Below, piece by piece: positions 38,111-49,285 of a stretch of 64,000 nt of DNA. The notes beneath the pieces were generated by a model, which searched no databases, was not told the DNA's origin, and was given only the letters and a program-made list of their open reading frames with translations. The first letter of the stretch is position 1. Every line of letters starts with the position of its first letter. The position numbers were made by a program, and so were the translations under genes. Origin of the DNA: a bacterium (GTDB lineage: Bacteria; UBA8248); NCBI GenBank assembly GCA_965221165.1, contig CBDCRP010000003.1, positions 1,088,001-1,152,000 of the forward strand. Reading direction: 5' to 3'.

Positions 38111-40426
38111 CTAAAAAGCAGCGCCAATCCCCAAATGCGTTTCTCTTCTACGTTCATTCGATTTTCTATCCAGCTTATATCCAACATCAAACCGCATGGG
38201 ACCGATTGGCGTCACGATGCGCAAACCAACTCCAGCACCATATCGCAAATCACCTAGATCCAACGCATCGTCCTCATCCCAAATATTTCCCACATCGAAG
38301 AAAGCCGCGACTTGGGTCGGACCGATAAAGGGATGCGAAAATTCCACGGAGGCGAGAGCCGCAGAAAACCCGCCTATCGCATCACCCTGCGTATCTTGAG
38401 GGCCAAGATCGTTGGAACTGAAGCCGCGGACAGTATGCCTTCTGCCGCTATATAACCGGCGGAACGCTGGCAATTCACCTTTTAACGAATCAACGTAGCG
38501 GACATTTCCTCTCAAACTCAAAACCAAATCCCGCAAAACACGGATCCGGAGGCGTTCTCCAATATTATAGTATTGCCGGAATTCCGCTTCCAAAGAGAAT
38601 ACATCGACATTTCCACCTAATATCGATGTAGAAATTGTGGAGGAAATGCTCCAGAACGTGCCATCCGTCGGGAAAATAGGTCTGTTCCGATTATCAAAAA
38701 TCAACTTCGGAATAATGCTACTTTCCAGAAAAGTGTCTCCATCCTGCGCACGAATCGACGCTGTCGCCATGGCACCAACGTTGCTGATACGGGATTCTGC
38801 GAGCTCATAAGAAACGAATGCCTTCAAGAACTCCTGGAACTCCTTACCAACCGTTATTCGGCCACCCCGTTTCTCGTTATCGAAGGTTTCATATTCCTGA
38901 TCGACAAAAAACAGGCTTCCTCCGAGTGAAAAGCCGGAATCCCGGAAGTTCGGGTCCGAGTATTCTGCAACCAAATCAAAGCGTTCAGAAGAAAGTCTGG
39001 TGAACAATGAAGCAATCAAACCTTTTCCGAATAAATTCGACTCTTTCAATTCTCCCTGCCCATAAAAGCCCTCGTCACTATTGATGCCAATGCCGCCTGT
39101 GATGGAGCCGGTTGGCTTCTCCTTCACCTCAATATCGATATCGAGTATTTCATCGCTACCAGGGCGCCGTTTTTCAGCGACTTTCACTGTCTCGAAATAA
39201 TTCGTGCGAGTGAGACGCTGACGTGTCAGCGCCAATCCTCTCGCGTTATACAGAGACCCCTCTATTACCCGGACATCCCGACGAATTACATTCTCACGGG
39301 TCCGGGTGTTACCTCTTATCTCCACTTTTCCAATGTATACTCTTCGTCCTTTATTGATTTGAACCGTTATGTCGACCGTATTCTTGTCATCGTCTGTCTT
39401 GGTGATGGGGTTAACATCAGCAAACGCATAGCCACGGTTCGAAAATTGGTTTGTTATCGCTCGCACATCGGTGATTAAGCGAGTTTTGTTGAAAACATCG
39501 CCCACAAAAAGAAGCATCTTCCCTCTGATCTCTTCTTGGGGAATGACATCCTCTCCACCACGAATATCGATTTTTGAGATTCGGTACCGAAAGCCTTCGC
39601 TGATAGGTATCGTTATATAAATCCGGCCTTTTTCTCGATCCTCGCGAATAATGGGCTGGGCAACTTGAACCTTGACGTACCCACGACTCTCATATAACAG
39701 GCGGAGCCGCACCAAATCCTTTTGCAACGCATCTTCGCTGAATATCCCTGAGTTCGTGAGAAAAGAGAAAAATCCCGACTCGCCGGTTTCCATTGCTTTG
39801 AGCAAATCTTTTCTGGAGACATTATCGTTGCCTTCAAAATTAATCGCTCCAATGCGTACACTTTCCCCTTCATCTATCAAGAACGTGACGGCCACGGTAT
39901 TCTGGCCGCTTTCTTTCAACACAGCTTCTATGCGGGCGAAATAATAGCCTTGTTCTTGATATAATTTTCGGATGTTCCGAACAGTTTCCTTCAGGATGGA
40001 TTCGCTCACAATGGTCTGAACCTTCACTGTGACGCGCTCTTGGATTTTCTCGAGGTCTATGCTGCTGTTTCCAATGATTTCAATCTGATTAATAGTGGGT
40101 TTTTCGATGATACGATAAATAACCCGGAGTCCCCCTTCGAGAGACTCCACCTGGGCATTAACATCTCTGAAAAATCCAAGTTTGTATATGGCACGAACGT
40201 CCGCGCGTATTTGCTTAACCAATTCTACGTTGGTGTAGTTTTTCCCTTCTTTCAACTGAACGTAAAAAAGAACCGTAGAGCGATCAACCCTACGATTCCC
40301 TTGGATTTCAATTGCCTTTATTGTGATGGCCGGTGAAGGCGACTGCCCCATCGCCTCATGAGAAACAACCATAAGTGACATGACGGCCATAACGGCGCAG
40401 GACAGCACCTTCGCCGCAAAGTGCAT
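38111..40426 (-). CDS. bamA: Outer membrane protein assembly factor
   Basis: POTRA repeats (I.GN), EKPTG, ESNLFGKG, VRGF, TPIGPMRFD, C-terminal Phe; start inferred. Confidence 0.95.
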   Translation of the reverse strand: MHFAAKVLSCAVMAVMSLMVVSHEAMGQSPSPAITIKAIEIQGNRRVDRSTVLFYVQLKEGKNYTNVELVKQIRADVRAIYKLGFFRDVNAQVESLEGGLRVIYRIIEKPTINQIEIIGNSSIDLEKIQERVTVKVQTIVSESILKETVRNIRKLYQEQGYYFARIEAVLKESGQNTVAVTFLIDEGESVRIGAINFEGNDNVSRKDLLKAMETGESGFFSFLTNSGIFSEDALQKDLVRLRLLYESRGYVKVQVAQPIIREDREKGRIYITIPISEGFRYRISKIDIRGGEDVIPQEEIRGKMLLFVGDVFNKTRLITDVRAITNQFSNRGYAFADVNPITKTDDDKNTVDITVQINKGRRVYIGKVEIRGNTRTRENVIRRDVRVIEGSLYNARGLALTRQRLTRTNYFETVKVAEKRRPGSDEILDIDIEVKEKPTGSITGGIGINSDEGFYGQGELKESNLFGKGLIASLFTRLSSERFDLVAEYSDPNFRDSGFSLGGSLFFVDQEYETFDNEKRGGRITVGKEFQEFLKAFVSYELAESRISNVGAMATASIRAQDGDTFLESSIIPKLIFDNRNRPIFPTDGTFWSISSTISTSILGGNVDVFSLEAEFRQYYNIGERLRIRVLRDLVLSLRGNVRYVDSLKGELPAFRRLYSGRRHTVRGFSSNDLGPQDTQGDAIGGFSAALASVEFSHPFIGPTQVAAFFDVGNIWDEDDALDLGDLRYGAGVGLRIVTPIGPMRFDVGYKLDRKSNERRRETHLGIGAAF

Positions 40427-40478
40427 AAGACCACCCCCCGAGGAAGAAGGGGAAACCAGTTTCAATTTTTCAGTGAAA

Positions 40479-42923
40479 CTATAGGTCTTGGACACTGAGC
40501 ACTTCCGTGTCTTCTTTCAGTTCGAATACCAATTCATCCCCAGCCAACTTCGCCAGGATCGTTCCCCCATCCTGGAATTTACCATGCAAAACTTCTTCGC
40601 TGAGGGTATCTTCGATGTGTCTCTGGATGACGCGACGCAGAGGCCTTGCTCCATAAGCCGGCTCAAACCCCTGCTTGGCAAGCCAGTCTTTGGCCTCTTC
40701 GCTCAGTTCAATCGTCATTTCCTTCTCACCCAGCGTCACATTGACCTTGGCGATTTCAATATCCACGATTTTCAGGATGTCCTCATGGGTCAATGGCCGG
40801 AAGATGATGACATCATCAATCCGGTTCAGGAACTCGGGATTAAAGGTGCGCTTCAACTCATCGCGAATGCTGTCTTTAATCTTGTCGAAGCCAAGGCCTG
40901 AGTCCACCTTCTGGAAACCGAGGGATGTGCCTTTCTCAATGGATCGGGCCGCCAAATTCGAAGTCATGATGATGACGGTGTTCTTGAAGTCGATGTTGCG
41001 GCCATAGCTGTCCGTGAGCAGACCATCGTCCATCACCTGCAACAAGACATGGTAGACATCGGGGTGCGCCTTCTCGATCTCATCAAGCAGTATAACGGAG
41101 TAAGGCTTTCTGCGAACGCGCTCGGTGAGCTGCCCCCCCTCCTCGTAACCGACGTATCCCGGAGGCGCTCCGGTGAGGCGGGAGACGTTGAATCTCTCCA
41201 TGTATTCACTCATGTCAATGCGAATGAGAGCGCTCGGGTCGCCGAACATGAACTGGGCGAGCATTCGAGCCATCTCGGTCTTACCTACACCCGTAGGGCC
41301 TAGAAACAAGAAGCTACCGATTGGTCTCTTCGGCCCTTTCAGGCCTGCACGCGCCCGGCGAACCGCCTTCGTCAAAGCGCGCGTGGCTTCTTCTTGCCCG
41401 ATGATGCAGCTATTCAATTCCTCTTCCATTCGGAGAAGACGCTCGTTCTCCACTTCCCCGATGCGCTGCAACGGAATCCCGGTCATCCGGCTGACCACGT
41501 ACGCCACATCTTCATCGGTGACAAAAGGCTCTTCATCCGTTTGGCCCGCTTCCCATTCCGCTTTCAACTCGTCAAGCCTGCTTCTGTCCTGCTCCTCCTG
41601 GTCGCGTAACTCGACAGCCTTTTCAAAATCCTGTTTCTCGATCATATCTTTTTTGGTGCGAACCGTTTCTTCAATTTGGCGCTGAAGATCCCGAATGTTG
41701 CTCGGGAAGGTTTCTTTCTCAAGACGAACCTTGCTGCACGCCTCATCGATGACGTCTATGGCTTTATCCGGCAAGAAGCGATCCGATACATATTGGGACG
41801 ACAAGCGAACTGCGGAGACTAGCGCGTCATCCGTCAACTGCGCGCGGTGGTGTTTCTCATATTTGTCTCTCAGACCCTTCAGTATATTGACTGTGTCATC
41901 GACGGAAGGCGGATCCACCATGACACTTTGGAAACGACGCTCTAAAGCGCCGTTTTTCTCGATATATTTTCGATACTCATCCAACGTGGTGGCGCCGATA
42001 CACTGAACTTCTCCACGGCTGAGCGCGGGTTTTAACATGTTCGAAGCATCTATGGAGCCTTCCGCCGCGCCCGCACCCACCAAAGTATGCAGCTCATCAA
42101 TAAAGATAATCACATCCTGGCTTTGCGTGATTTCTTTCATGATGGCTTTCAAGCGCGCCTCGAACTGTCCACGGTATTTCGTCCCTGCAACCAAAGCGCC
42201 CAAATCAAGCTGAACCACGCGCTTGTTGTACAAAATCTGGGGAACTTCTTTCGACATAATCGATTGAGCCAAGCCCTCGACAATCGCTGTTTTCCCTACG
42301 CCGGGCTCTCCGATCAAGACAGGGTTGTTTTTCGTCCTTCGGGCGAGAATCTGGATGACACGCTCTATTTCATTCTCCCGACCGATGACGGGATCGAGTT
42401 TTCCCTCATCCGCAAACTCCGTGAGGTCGCGCCCAAACTCATCAAGCGCCGGCGTCTTGCTCTTCTCGCGAGAACGCGCCGCCACGGGTTCCCTTAAGAG
42501 ATTAATGGTCTGTTCCCGCGTTTGCTGGAGTTTTACGCCGAAGCTAGCCAGAATTTTAGCCGCCAATCCGTCTTTCTCTCTGACAATACCCAACAACAGA
42601 TGTTCGGTGCCGATATAGTTGTGACCCATCAAACGGGCCTCTTCGACGGCGTATTCAAGTACTTTTTTCGCCTTCGGGGTAAACGGGATATCCCCCTCCA
42701 CGGGGCCGCTCAAACTCTTGGGTAAATTACGCTCAAGCTCCAACCGAAGCTGCTTGGGGTCGACCCCTAACTTCTGCAAAACAGCTATGGCGATTCCGCC
42801 CCCATCCTTCAGTACACCAAGCAGGATATGTTCGGTCCCCAGATATTCGTGTCGGTAGTGTTCCGCTTCCTCTCTGGCCAAGATAATGACTTTGCGGGCA
42901 CGCTCGGTGAATCGCTTGAACAT
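40479..42923 (-). CDS. clpC: ATP-dependent Clp protease ATPase ClpC
   Basis: [13 protein letters not shown]-domain, GEPGVGKT and GPTGVGKT Walker A motifs, QDFEKA.ELRD UVR coil, GF loop. Confidence 0.95.
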   Translation of the reverse strand: MFKRFTERARKVIILAREEAEHYRHEYLGTEHILLGVLKDGGGIAIAVLQKLGVDPKQLRLELERNLPKSLSGPVEGDIPFTPKAKKVLEYAVEEARLMGHNYIGTEHLLLGIVREKDGLAAKILASFGVKLQQTREQTINLLREPVAARSREKSKTPALDEFGRDLTEFADEGKLDPVIGRENEIERVIQILARRTKNNPVLIGEPGVGKTAIVEGLAQSIMSKEVPQILYNKRVVQLDLGALVAGTKYRGQFEARLKAIMKEITQSQDVIIFIDELHTLVGAGAAEGSIDASNMLKPALSRGEVQCIGATTLDEYRKYIEKNGALERRFQSVMVDPPSVDDTVNILKGLRDKYEKHHRAQLTDDALVSAVRLSSQYVSDRFLPDKAIDVIDEACSKVRLEKETFPSNIRDLQRQIEETVRTKKDMIEKQDFEKAVELRDQEEQDRSRLDELKAEWEAGQTDEEPFVTDEDVAYVVSRMTGIPLQRIGEVENERLLRMEEELNSCIIGQEEATRALTKAVRRARAGLKGPKRPIGSFLFLGPTGVGKTEMARMLAQFMFGDPSALIRIDMSEYMERFNVSRLTGAPPGYVGYEEGGQLTERVRRKPYSVILLDEIEKAHPDVYHVLLQVMDDGLLTDSYGRNIDFKNTVIIMTSNLAARSIEKGTSLGFQKVDSGLGFDKIKDSIRDELKRTFNPEFLNRIDDVIIFRPLTHEDILKIVDIEIAKVNVTLGEKEMTIELSEEAKDWLAKQGFEPAYGARPLRRVIQRHIEDTLSEEVLHGKFQDGGTILAKLAGDELVFELKEDTEVLSVQDL

Positions 42924-42933
42924 ACGGCCCTCC

Positions 42934-43668
42934 TTACTTTTTATGAGCTATTTTCCCGTCCACCACGGCGATCACACGATCCATTCTTTCCGCCATCGAA
43001 TTATTGTGCGTCGCCACCAAAATTGTTTGCTTGTTTCTTTGGTTTATCTCTCGAAGCAATTCAAATATCGTTTCCGCGGTTGAGGAGTCCAAATTCCCCG
43101 TTGGTTCATCCGCAAGTACTACAGAAGGATTGTTAATTAACGCGCGGGCAATAGCAACCCTTTGTTGCTCTCCTCCAGAAAGTTCTCCAGGCCGATGGTT
43201 CCATCTATCAGCCAAGTCCATCCGGCTTAACAACTCCTTCGCCTGCTGCTCCACCTCCTTTTTGGGGGCACCACGGATCAACCCGGGCATCATAACATTT
43301 TCTAGTCCAGAAAACTCCGGCAACAAGTGGTGAAACTGGAATACAAAACCCACATACTGATTTCTCAATCGCGCTAATTCTATTTCCGAGCAATCAGAGA
43401 GGCTTTTGCCTTCCAAAATCACTTCACCCTTCGTCGGCTTGTCGAGTGCTCCCAAAAGGTGAAGCAGGGTGGTTTTCCCTGCTCCTGAAACCCCCATGAT
43501 GGCCACCATTTCGCCATGACCAATTTCGAGGTTGACCCCGCTCAGAGCCACCACCTCGCCACTGCTCATAGAGTATGATTTCGCCAGTCCCCTAGTGACG
43601 ATAACCTGCGGTAACACACCTTTGGGTGAAGCAGATTCACTCATCTCCAATATGCTCGAATCAACCAT
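42934..43668 (-). CDS. lolD: Lipoprotein-releasing ABC ATPase
   Basis: GVSGAGKT, GFVFQFHHLLPEF, LSGGEQQR, ADEPTGNLD. Confidence 0.93.
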   Translation of the reverse strand: MVDSSILEMSESASPKGVLPQVIVTRGLAKSYSMSSGEVVALSGVNLEIGHGEMVAIMGVSGAGKTTLLHLLGALDKPTKGEVILEGKSLSDCSEIELARLRNQYVGFVFQFHHLLPEFSGLENVMMPGLIRGAPKKEVEQQAKELLSRMDLADRWNHRPGELSGGEQQRVAIARALINNPSVVLADEPTGNLDSSTAETIFELLREINQRNKQTILVATHNNSMAERMDRVIAVVDGKIAHKK

Positions 43669-44926
43669 AACGGAGATTTTCTACCGGATCGACGCGCGAA
43701 GCACGCCACGCTGGGTAAAGTGTCGCCGCCAAACAGATTAACAAGGCGGACACTGCAGTAATAGAAACATCAAAAGACGTCATCTGCACCGGTAACTTCT
43801 CTATATGGTAAACGCTGGGCGGTAGGATGTCCAGGCCAAACACGCGTTCTAAAAAATCCTCCACTACATGGAGATTCCACCCCAGAACGAGACCTCCACT
43901 GGTTCCCAGCACAGCGCCCAAGAGCCCTATGAAAGCGCCTTGAACGAAAAAAATCCTCAAAATTGCGCCGCTCGTAGCTCCCATCGACTTCAAGATCGCG
44001 ATTTCGCGACCTTTTTCCATCACCACCATGACCAGGGAGCCTATGATGTTGAAGGCGGCGACAACAACGACCAGAAGGAGAAGTATGGTAAGCGTGGTTT
44101 TTTCCGTCTTTAACGCGGAAAACAGGTTACGATTCATTTCTTGCCAAGAACGAGACAAATATGCCGCCGGGAGGGTGCTCTGGATTTTGCGAGAAATAAG
44201 CTCAGCCGAGAAAATATCCTTCACCCGCAAATGCACCCCCGTTACAGAATCGCCGAATCCAAAGAAGGTCTGGCTCTCTTTCATGGAAATAAATGCGAGT
44301 CCTGCGTCGTATTGGTAAAATCCGCTGCGAAAGACCCCCACCACTTGAAATTTTTTTGTTCGGGGCACGAGGCCCATCGGCGTAATCACTCCCACAGGGC
44401 TCACCATCGTCACCGAATCACCCACCTTGAGGTACAAGTTCTTCGCGAGTTCGTTCCCGAGTATGACGCCGGGTTTATCGGCGCTGTTTTTTTTATCCAA
44501 AATCTTTTCTAATGCATCACCCTCGAGATACCTCTTAATATCTGTCACATCGATTTCCCGGGCAGGGTCGATTCCACGCACCACCGAACCCATCACGCGA
44601 TTCTTGGCTGAGAACATTGCCTGCCCATATACAAAAGGACTGGCCGCCACTACACCCGGCTGTTTACTAACCTTCTCCAAAGTATTCCGCCATTCTTTCA
44701 TCAATGAAGCACCTGATCTCGTCACAACAATATGGCTTTGTGTACCCAATATTTTTTCACGGAATTCCCGCTGAAACCCTGTCATCACTCCCACGACGAC
44801 GATGAGTGTAGCGACGCCCAGCGCGACGCCCAGCACAGATATCCAGGTAGTGAGTGAGACAAAAGCGAGTTTGCTCCGCGAGCGCAAGTGCCTGAGACCA
44901 ATGAACAGTTCCGTGGAAAAAGCCAT
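43661..44926 (-). CDS. lolC: Lipoprotein-releasing ABC permease LolC/E
   Basis: GVALGV..LIVV.GVM.GF, W...NRNLFSALK.EK, EIAILKSMGA, YPAWRAS. Confidence 0.9.
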   Translation of the reverse strand: MAFSTELFIGLRHLRSRSKLAFVSLTTWISVLGVALGVATLIVVVGVMTGFQREFREKILGTQSHIVVTRSGASLMKEWRNTLEKVSKQPGVVAASPFVYGQAMFSAKNRVMGSVVRGIDPAREIDVTDIKRYLEGDALEKILDKKNSADKPGVILGNELAKNLYLKVGDSVTMVSPVGVITPMGLVPRTKKFQVVGVFRSGFYQYDAGLAFISMKESQTFFGFGDSVTGVHLRVKDIFSAELISRKIQSTLPAAYLSRSWQEMNRNLFSALKTEKTTLTILLLLVVVVAAFNIIGSLVMVVMEKGREIAILKSMGATSGAILRIFFVQGAFIGLLGAVLGTSGGLVLGWNLHVVEDFLERVFGLDILPPSVYHIEKLPVQMTSFDVSITAVSALLICLAATLYPAWRASRVDPVENLRYG

Positions 44927-44928
44927 CT

Positions 44929-46461
44929 TCAGCCCTGATGTTTCCGCATAAGGGGAAAAAGGATTACATCCCGAATCGAGTGTGTATTCGTCAGTAGCAT
45001 CGCGAGCCTATCGATTCCGATTCCCTCACCTGCCGTAGGCGGCAAGCCATATTCCAGGGCCGTGAGATAATCCCAATCGATCTCATGGGCTTCCTCATCG
45101 CCGGCATCCCTCGCCGCTTCTTGTTGCTCAAAGCGGACGCGCTGATCGTCTGGATCATTCAATTCCGTATAGGCGTTGGCAATCTCGCGCCCGGCAATGA
45201 TGAGTTCAAACCGCTCCACAATATCGGGATCATCTTCCCTGCTCTTGGACAGCGGTGAAAGGGACTTGGGAAAATCATAGATGAAAGTTGGCTGCCTGAG
45301 TTTCGGCTCCACCAACTCTTCGAACAGATACTCCAGGACGTGCGCATGGCTCATTGCATCCGATATGGGGTAGCCCTTCGGCTCTGCGATTTCTTGCGCA
45401 AAAAGGCGGGCTTTTTCTTCAGCTTCTACTACTTCGCTCGGCGCGCCACCCACGGCCACGATGGAATCGTGCCATTTATATCGCGCCCAAGGCGCCTGAA
45501 ACGAGATTTCCTCGTCCCCATACTTCAGCACGTCACCTCCCAAAATATCCTGAGCCAAAGAGGCCACCATCTTCTCCGTCAATCTCATCAAATCGTTATA
45601 ATCCGCATAGGCCATATAGAACTCAAGCATCGTAAATTCCGGGTTGTGCTGCGTGGATATGCCTTCATTTCTGAAATTGCGGTTAATCTCATAGACACGA
45701 TCCATTCCACCCACAACCAGGCGCTTGAGATAAAGCTCGGGCGCCACGCGAAGGTACAAGGGCATTTCCAGGGTATTGTGGTAGGTGGTAAACGGTCTGG
45801 CCGCCGCTCCGCCGGCGATGGCCTGCATCATCGGGGTTTCGACTTCAAGAAAATTCAAATCATCCAAAAAGTGGCGTATTGACTGAATTATCCGGGTGCG
45901 CACCCGAAACACTTCGACCACCTCAGGGTTTGCGATCAAATCCACATACCGCTGTCGGTAACGCGCCTCCACGTTCTGTAGGCCGTGCCATTTTTCAGGT
46001 AGCGGCCTCAAACTTTTCGTCAATAGGTTTACCCGGCGCACCCAAATGGAAAGCTCGCCCATCCTCGTTCGGAACACGCCTCCTTCCACGCCGACGATAT
46101 CGCCAATATCAAGTTCCTTTGCGGACTGAAAAGCGTCTTCGCCTATTTCATTCATCCGAATGAACAACTGAATTTGTCCTGTTCCATCTCGCAGATCGAT
46201 AAAGGCGACTTTACCCTGCACCCGCTTGGCGATGATTCTCCCCGCCACGGAGAAATTCGTCTGTTTCGCCTCACCAAAACCATCCGTCGGCACTTCATCG
46301 AACTCTTGGACGACAGCGCCAATCTGATGGGTCGTCGAAAATCGATTCACAAACGGGTTGGCTCCGGACGCACGAATCCGATTGAGCTTTTTTCTCCGCT
46401 GTTGGGTCAAAACATTTTCATCATCTCGTTCATCTGGCAATGGTATCGTTTCATCCGCCAC
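44929..46461 (-). CDS. lysS: Lysine--tRNA ligase (class II)
   Basis: [47 protein letters not shown]. Confidence 0.98.
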   Translation of the reverse strand: MADETIPLPDERDDENVLTQQRRKKLNRIRASGANPFVNRFSTTHQIGAVVQEFDEVPTDGFGEAKQTNFSVAGRIIAKRVQGKVAFIDLRDGTGQIQLFIRMNEIGEDAFQSAKELDIGDIVGVEGGVFRTRMGELSIWVRRVNLLTKSLRPLPEKWHGLQNVEARYRQRYVDLIANPEVVEVFRVRTRIIQSIRHFLDDLNFLEVETPMMQAIAGGAAARPFTTYHNTLEMPLYLRVAPELYLKRLVVGGMDRVYEINRNFRNEGISTQHNPEFTMLEFYMAYADYNDLMRLTEKMVASLAQDILGGDVLKYGDEEISFQAPWARYKWHDSIVAVGGAPSEVVEAEEKARLFAQEIAEPKGYPISDAMSHAHVLEYLFEELVEPKLRQPTFIYDFPKSLSPLSKSREDDPDIVERFELIIAGREIANAYTELNDPDDQRVRFEQQEAARDAGDEEAHEIDWDYLTALEYGLPPTAGEGIGIDRLAMLLTNTHSIRDVILFPLMRKHQG

Positions 46462-46549
46462 CGGGGCACTCCTCCCATACCCTCTTTCAGCATCCCGTGG
46501 ATATTATTGTTTTCCTCATTCGTCTCAAGCTCAATTCAGCCCCCGGCGA

Positions 46550-47672
46550 TTACGCGCGCGTATTCGCCTTCTCTTCTATCAACGAGAGAAGGTAGGCGTC
46601 GATAAACTTATCGATATCCCCATCCAACACGGCATTCACATCCGAGAGTTCCACATCGGTTCGATGATCTTTCACCATCCGGTACGGATGCAATATGTAG
46701 GAACGAATCTGACTCCCAAACCCAATCGTCTTTTTCATGGCATGTTGGACTTCTTTTTCCTCATCGCGCTTTCGTTTCTCCATTTCATATAACTGACCGC
46801 GTAGCAATTTCATGGCCGTAGCGCGATTTTTATGCTGGCTTCTCTCATTTTGGCATGAGACCACGATATTCGTCGGCAAGTGTGTAATCCTCACCGCGGA
46901 ATCCGTGGTATTCACATGTTGGCCACCAGCACCCGAACTCCTGAACACATCAATTCTCAAATCGTTCTCATCGATCTCGATTTCCACATCATCCGATACC
47001 TCTGGAACGACATCCACGGAAGCAAACGAGGTGTGTCTCTTGGAACTGGCGTCAAAGGGCGAAATTCTTATCAACCGATGTACGCCGACTTCCGCTCGGA
47101 GGTAACCATAGGCGTAATCCCCCTGAATGATCAGGGTAACGTTTTTAATCCCAGCCTCCTCCCCTCCAAGTATGGAAACAAGACGCGCTTGGTATCCCCT
47201 CTCCTCCGCCCATCTCGTATACATGCGGAAGAGCATTTCGGCCCAATCCTGGCTCTCGACACCACCTGCTCCCGCATTCACGGAGAGAATGGCGTTGGCC
47301 CTGTCTTCCTCGGAATCCATGACCAGGTGAAACTCCAGGCGCTCGGTTTCTTCTAAAAGAGAGGAAAGAGCATTTTCGATATCACTCAGGAGTTCTGATT
47401 CGGACGTTTCTTCCATTTGGAGAAGCTGGAGAAGTTCTTTCTGTTCTTTGAGTCCCCCGTTCAGGTTCTCCCAATTCCGGATCGTTTTCTCAAGAGACGC
47501 GCGCTGCCTCAGTGTGTTTTGCGCGGTTTCAGCGTCGTTCCAAAAACCCGTCTCTCCGGCGAGTTTATCCAGCTTGGCGCATTCCGCCTCCAAACGATCG
47601 AGGTCAAAGCCGCCCTCGCAGTTCAAGGAGGCGTGCCTCCAGTTGCTCAGATTTTTTACACAAATCTTCCAT
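46550..47672 (-). CDS. prfB: Peptide chain release factor 2, programmed +1 frameshift
   Basis: 22-codon ORF1 (MEDLCKK...RGRL) ends CTT TGA C at 47609-47603; +1 frame has SPF and GGQ motifs; GGAG RBS. Confidence 0.96.
47603..47617 (-). promoter_or_regulatory. prfB frameshift site
   Basis: GAGGG-CGG-CTTTGAC: internal SD plus slippery CUU-UGA-C. Confidence 0.92.
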
Positions 47673-47737
47673 GGATATCTCCAATCTTTCGAAACACAAC
47701 TCTATGGCCTGTCGGCATGGAGTCCACCTGGGCAGTT

Positions 47738-49285
47738 CTAATTATCATACCACATTCGAGAGTCCCGTCTGGAGCGAAACAGCAAAACCCCCGCCACAGA
47801 AACGAAAACACACAGATACGCGAACATATCCCCCATCCTGGCATAAGCGCTAGGGGCGTCTTTTTTCAACAAAATGGCATCAGAGTGTATCCACTCCTCA
47901 AAAAGGGGGCTTCGCTTTCGAATCGCTCCGGTAGGATCGACCAACGCGCTGATCCCCGTATTCGCTGAACGAACAATCGGCATTCGGAATTCCACCGCCC
48001 GGAACGCCACCATCGACAGGTGCTGTTCAGAGGCCGCAGTTTTCCCGAACCACGCATCATTCGTGATGTTGATGAGAAACTGCGCACCTTTCATCCGTCG
48101 CACCACACGGGGGAAAATGGCTTCAAAACAAATCAAGACGCCGAACTTCGCGCTGGCGGCATCAAATATCTTCGGCTCGTCTCCTGGCTTGAACGTCCCA
48201 ATCACCGGCACCAGTTTTTGCACAAAAAACAATAGTTTACCGAGTGGAACATATTCGCCGAAGGGCAGTAAATGCATCTTGTCATATCGGCCAATTTCCT
48301 CGCCGCGCGGGTTGAGGAGATATGCCGAGTTCGTTAATCCCGGCCCTTGTCTTACGTCACGCTCCCCGAGGGCGCCAAACAGCAGATAGGAATTCGTATC
48401 CCTTGCGAGTTGACGAAGATGCCTTCTCTCGTGCGCTCGTCGTTGGTAAACAAGAGGAGCCGCCGCCTCCGGCCAAACAACAATGGGAGGAGTGGCCAAT
48501 CCGTTTTTCGGGAAACGACCACTCAAGTCCCCCGTTAATTTTCCCATCTTCTCGAGAATGCTCTTTTGCCACCGGGGAGACCATTTGACGGCCTGATCGA
48601 CATTCCCCTGTACGATACCCACCGGACGCGCTGCGCCTTCCGTTTGGATAGGTACTTCGTGGAGACGCAGATAACCATAGCCCCACACAACCGCCGTCAT
48701 GAGCGAAACGCTAATGACAACAGCGTAGGTCGCTTTCTGCGGAAAGCGAAAAAAATGCCAAATCGCCGCGTTGACGAACACGATGACAAATGACACGCCA
48801 TACACACCTGCCAGATCGGCGATTTGAATAACATGCAAATAGCGATATTGACTATAGCCCAGTAGCGCCCACGGGAAACCCGACAAAGCATAGGCACGCA
48901 ACAATTCCAAGGAGACCCAAAGGGGCGCCGCGACTAGAAAGGTGAAAATGGAGCCACCCGCCTGCATACGCACCATAAAAAACGCAAATAGCGCCGGGTA
49001 CAACGCGAGATAAACCGCGAGGACGACGGTAATCAGCCACGCAAGGACCGCAGGCAGACCACCATAGGTGGTCATGGAAATCTTTACCCACCAGATGATG
49101 ATTCCGAACGAAATCAGCCCGGCCAGCAACCCCAGCACAAACGCTTCATGCGCTTTTTTTCCCTCCAGAGCCCACAAGAGGGGAACGAGCGCAACCCAGG
49201 CTAAAATTTCAAATTGAAACGGCGGAAACAAAGACGCCAGCAAAAGACCCGAGAATATGGAATATCCCACATCTTTCGCTTTCAA
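47738..49285 (-). CDS. lnt: Apolipoprotein N-acyltransferase
   Basis: GFPW..LGYSQ, VQGN, WPE, YDKMHL.PFGEY.P, ICFE, TNDAWFG, NTGIS. Confidence 0.96.
   Translation of the reverse strand: MKAKDVGYSIFSGLLLASLFPPFQFEILAWVALVPLLWALEGKKAHEAFVLGLLAGLISFGIIIWWVKISMTTYGGLPAVLAWLITVVLAVYLALYPALFAFFMVRMQAGGSIFTFLVAAPLWVSLELLRAYALSGFPWALLGYSQYRYLHVIQIADLAGVYGVSFVIVFVNAAIWHFFRFPQKATYAVVISVSLMTAVVWGYGYLRLHEVPIQTEGAARPVGIVQGNVDQAVKWSPRWQKSILEKMGKLTGDLSGRFPKNGLATPPIVVWPEAAAPLVYQRRAHERRHLRQLARDTNSYLLFGALGERDVRQGPGLTNSAYLLNPRGEEIGRYDKMHLLPFGEYVPLGKLLFFVQKLVPVIGTFKPGDEPKIFDAASAKFGVLICFEAIFPRVVRRMKGAQFLINITNDAWFGKTAASEQHLSMVAFRAVEFRMPIVRSANTGISALVDPTGAIRKRSPLFEEWIHSDAILLKKDAPSAYARMGDMFAYLCVFVSVAGVLLFRSRRDSRMWYDN

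Noticed and set aside
46550-47672. prfB as a pseudogene or selenoprotein because of the internal TGA
   Set aside because: Canonical RF2 +1 frameshift context; the downstream part is in a different frame
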